Below, piece after piece: positions 61,174-64,000 of a DNA stretch of 64,000 nt. The notes beneath the pieces were generated by a model. The model was not told where the DNA came from, searched no databases, and saw nothing but the letters and a program-made list of their open reading frames with translations. Within the stretch, counting starts at the first letter, position 1; each line of letters opens with the position of its first letter. The stretch is from Takakia lepidozioides (Eukaryota > Plantae > Bryophyta): positions 21,142,001 through 21,206,000 of the forward strand of contig CM060731.1 of NCBI GenBank assembly GCA_030704615.1. Direction: 5' to 3'. A program made the position numbers and the translations under genes.

Positions 61174-64000
61174 CTACTTAAACAGTCCTGATTTTGTATC
61201 ATTCCTTAAAGAAAAGTGAGATTCTCCTGCTACCTGCCTCAGGTCCTCAACATCCCCATTCAAAACATCTGGAGTAATGCCTATATCTGCACTAATCAAG
61301 GGGCCCCACTGCTGTCTCCGCTGCTTCCTTTGCAACCGCCTCAATCCCTTCAACTCGTGCCTGAGCTTGGTTCTCAGAGCCTTAAGATAACTGCGAGAAT
61401 CGTGGTTCTTGGATATAGTTCCCTCAGTGCCATAGGCAGCTGGATCACTCAATATTTCTAAGGGATGAGGAGTATTAAAAAACAGCCGCTCTGCAGAGCG
61501 CACACGACTTGCTGGAGAAAAGTCCCCATCATGTTCCTGTGGCTCCGAGTAATTGGGATATCGTACGGCATATAGCCCACCACCCACAGGAAGTAAAGGG
61601 TGTGGAGGGGCCTGTTCCTGCTCAGGTTGTAATATCACCAACTGACCCATTGGAGCATAAAGAAGTCTCTGCACATTCACAACAGGTGACATTGTCCCAT
61701 AAAATGCATTTCTGAAGGTGGATTTTATTTGTAGCTGTCCATTTCAACTGACGACCTACACAATACAATGAAAAATGGCAGACCAAGCACAACTGTCAAA
61801 AAATATGGGAGTACCTGCTGAAGAAGGCACGAATGGCTGCGAAAAATTCCATTGACCCGCTTGAGCACTTCTGCAACATGGTCAGGATAAACACAGGAAA
61901 ATGTACGAGGAACAATGTCAAAATGCATGGCCACTGACTGAATGAGGCTTTGCGGAAGCCCCAGCTGTTCCAGCAAGTAGTCACCCCCACACATGATGCA
62001 TGGTGACCCAAATGTATAAACAGGTAACAATGCGGTGGAAGGTACAACGTCCCGATGTCGAAGCATGAGGGGGAGAAGAGTAGCTAGACTGCCTCCTAGT
62101 GAATGGCCAGTGAAGCGGAACCGTGCTTTCTCCCCAAATGCCTCAATGTGCTCAAGAACCAATGGTATTAGCTGCTCATAGAGCCCCTTTGCAGCCTCGT
62201 AAATTCCACGGTGGACTCTGACGCCCAACTCTGGACCCTGCAAAAAAAAATCATTTGTAAACCTTGATAGCATCCTGGCTGCAATTTTGACAACACGGCA
62301 AGACTAAAGGGCCCAAAATTTCCACTACAGATATCTACAGCCAAACCACGTTCCTTCTGTACCTTAATGGCACAAACAAAGTTATTAAGAGCCTCAAAAG
62401 AGATGAGAGTGCTCACCTCAAATTGGGTTGGTTCAAATAGCAGATTAGCCTGCCAAGAAGCAAGAGAATCTGTGCCCTGAATGACAAAATGCCTGGTTTG
62501 GATGCCTGGATCATCACAAACAAACCACTCACATGGGCAACTATACTGTGACTGCAACTTGTTTGCCACAGCCTGCTTGGACTCTTCTTCAGCAACAACA
62601 GGGGCAAGAGTTGCTGCCGCACTGGAGGAGGTTACAGCAGAAGATAACCCGGACTCTGCATCTTTTGAGTCAGCAGCAGCATCTAATGACCTGTCGTCAC
62701 CTTCATTCGCCAAGATAGCCTCCAATTTCTTCGAATTATCATTATCTTTGGGAACTCTTTCTAGTATATTCCTGCTCACAAAGTCACCAAAGCCCCCTCT
62801 ATAATCACCAACCGCAATACCATCCTTGAAATGTAAGATAGCTTTTGTGTATGACTGGAGATAAGAGGCCGCTGAGGCAGCCAATGCATAAGTGGCGGCT
62901 GCAGCGCCTGAAGAGGATTCTTGTTTGTTGATATCTTGAATATTGCTGCTATCATGTCCACCTTCTGTTTCAGCACTGCTGCTATCAAGTGCACCATTGG
63001 CTTGGACATTGCTGCTATTAAATTCACCCTCTGCAACAACACCTGAGGGGGTAGTGGTTGCAACCCCTTCCTTGTTGGGGAGTGGAGTCAGGTTCTCTTT
63101 GGCTGCAGCTTTTCGCTCCAGTGATGAAGTAACATATATCAGATTATGAGGAGTGAGGAGCTCGGCTGGCTGCATACACATCATTTCCTTGTAAGATCAA
63201 GGAGAACCTTGCTGTGCCATGCAAAAAATGTAGGGGAATGCAATCACAACCACAATCAAAGGACCTTCAACACACTAACAAAGCCGCAACTGAAGTGACA
63301 CAATCTCGTGTAAATTATATCCTCCTCATCCCAGTAAAACAGAAACGAGAGGGCAGAAAAGAAAGGGATGGACCTCAATCTCTGGAATGAAATAGGCCTG
63401 ATTGCTCAGAAAGGCCAACTGCGTAATTAATTTCAACTCAGACAATGGAACTTGATGAAGGTAGTCTGCAAACGAATCCTTCTCGAGCAGGATACTTATC
63501 CGTGTCGATTCCTCCATAATTGGTTGACTAATTCCCTGCCGTGCCTGCATGCTATCAGCTTCACAGCCTGGGCAACCACATACCATAGTTGGAGACGCTA
63601 CAGCTCTCTCATCACCACTATTCTGCCTCCAAAAAAACTTCAGATGCCCTAGATTTGGCACCCAACTCCTTGAGGCACCATTAGCGGACATAGAAGAATC
63701 TTCTCCCACCGAACCTGTCTCTGTCCCTGATGTGCTGGTAGTTATGATTTGAACTGGTTCTACATATTGAGTACCCTCAAACTCCTCTGCTCTAGATGCA
63801 AGCCCATCAATACTTACTGAATTTTTGGCTCCATTGTCTAAAGTGGTACTATCTACATCTTCATCACGTAAACTAATGCCATGTACACGCTCTTCCATTG
63901 GAAAAGAGGCATTCTTCCCGGGATCATCAGTGTTGGTCGCTTTATCGTCTTTATCTTTCGTAAACCAAAGAAATCGGAGAGGCCCGGGAAGAACAGTTCG
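61174..64000 (-). CDS. Class 3 lipase, plastid phospholipase A1 PLIP-like (5' end outside the window); exons >64000-63374, 63169-62417, 62237-61815, 61668-61174
   Basis: [10 protein letters not shown] lipase motif; [10 protein letters not shown]...[48 protein letters not shown] and [15 protein letters not shown]...HD match the PLIP1-3 family. Confidence 0.92.

Overview
Gene-dense nuclear DNA from a land plant. The spliceosomal introns, the style of the PLS-DYW PPR gene and a DUF1647-like gene suggest a non-seed plant (bryophyte, lycophyte or fern); that assignment is inference. About 12 protein-coding genes were assembled by hand from splice sites: UVSSA (-), a SKIP30-like F-box/kelch gene (+), an unknown 300-aa ORF (-), an ASIL/SIP1-type trihelix factor (+), a DUF1647-like type II membrane protein (-), a small conserved tail-anchored protein (+), a divergent F-box/beta-propeller protein (-), DEAD-box helicase RH17/DBP7 (-), a PPR-DYW editing factor (+), SF3B2/SAP145 (+), an intron-containing OVATE-domain gene (+) and a PLIP-type phospholipase A1 (-, cut by the window end). 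Intergenic DNA holds tRNA-derived SINE-like repeats, MITE-like pieces, gag and LINE remnants, a stop-riddled ORF with no frameshifts and a RING-H2 fragment split by an insertion. The most notable unexplained structure is a tandem array of about 5 diverged units in the last RH17 intron. Two units fold on the sense strand as complete hairpin-H box-hairpin-ACA RNAs (H/ACA sno/scaRNA architecture), and I could not recognise an rRNA or snRNA target for them. The same gene carries a probable U12-type intron.
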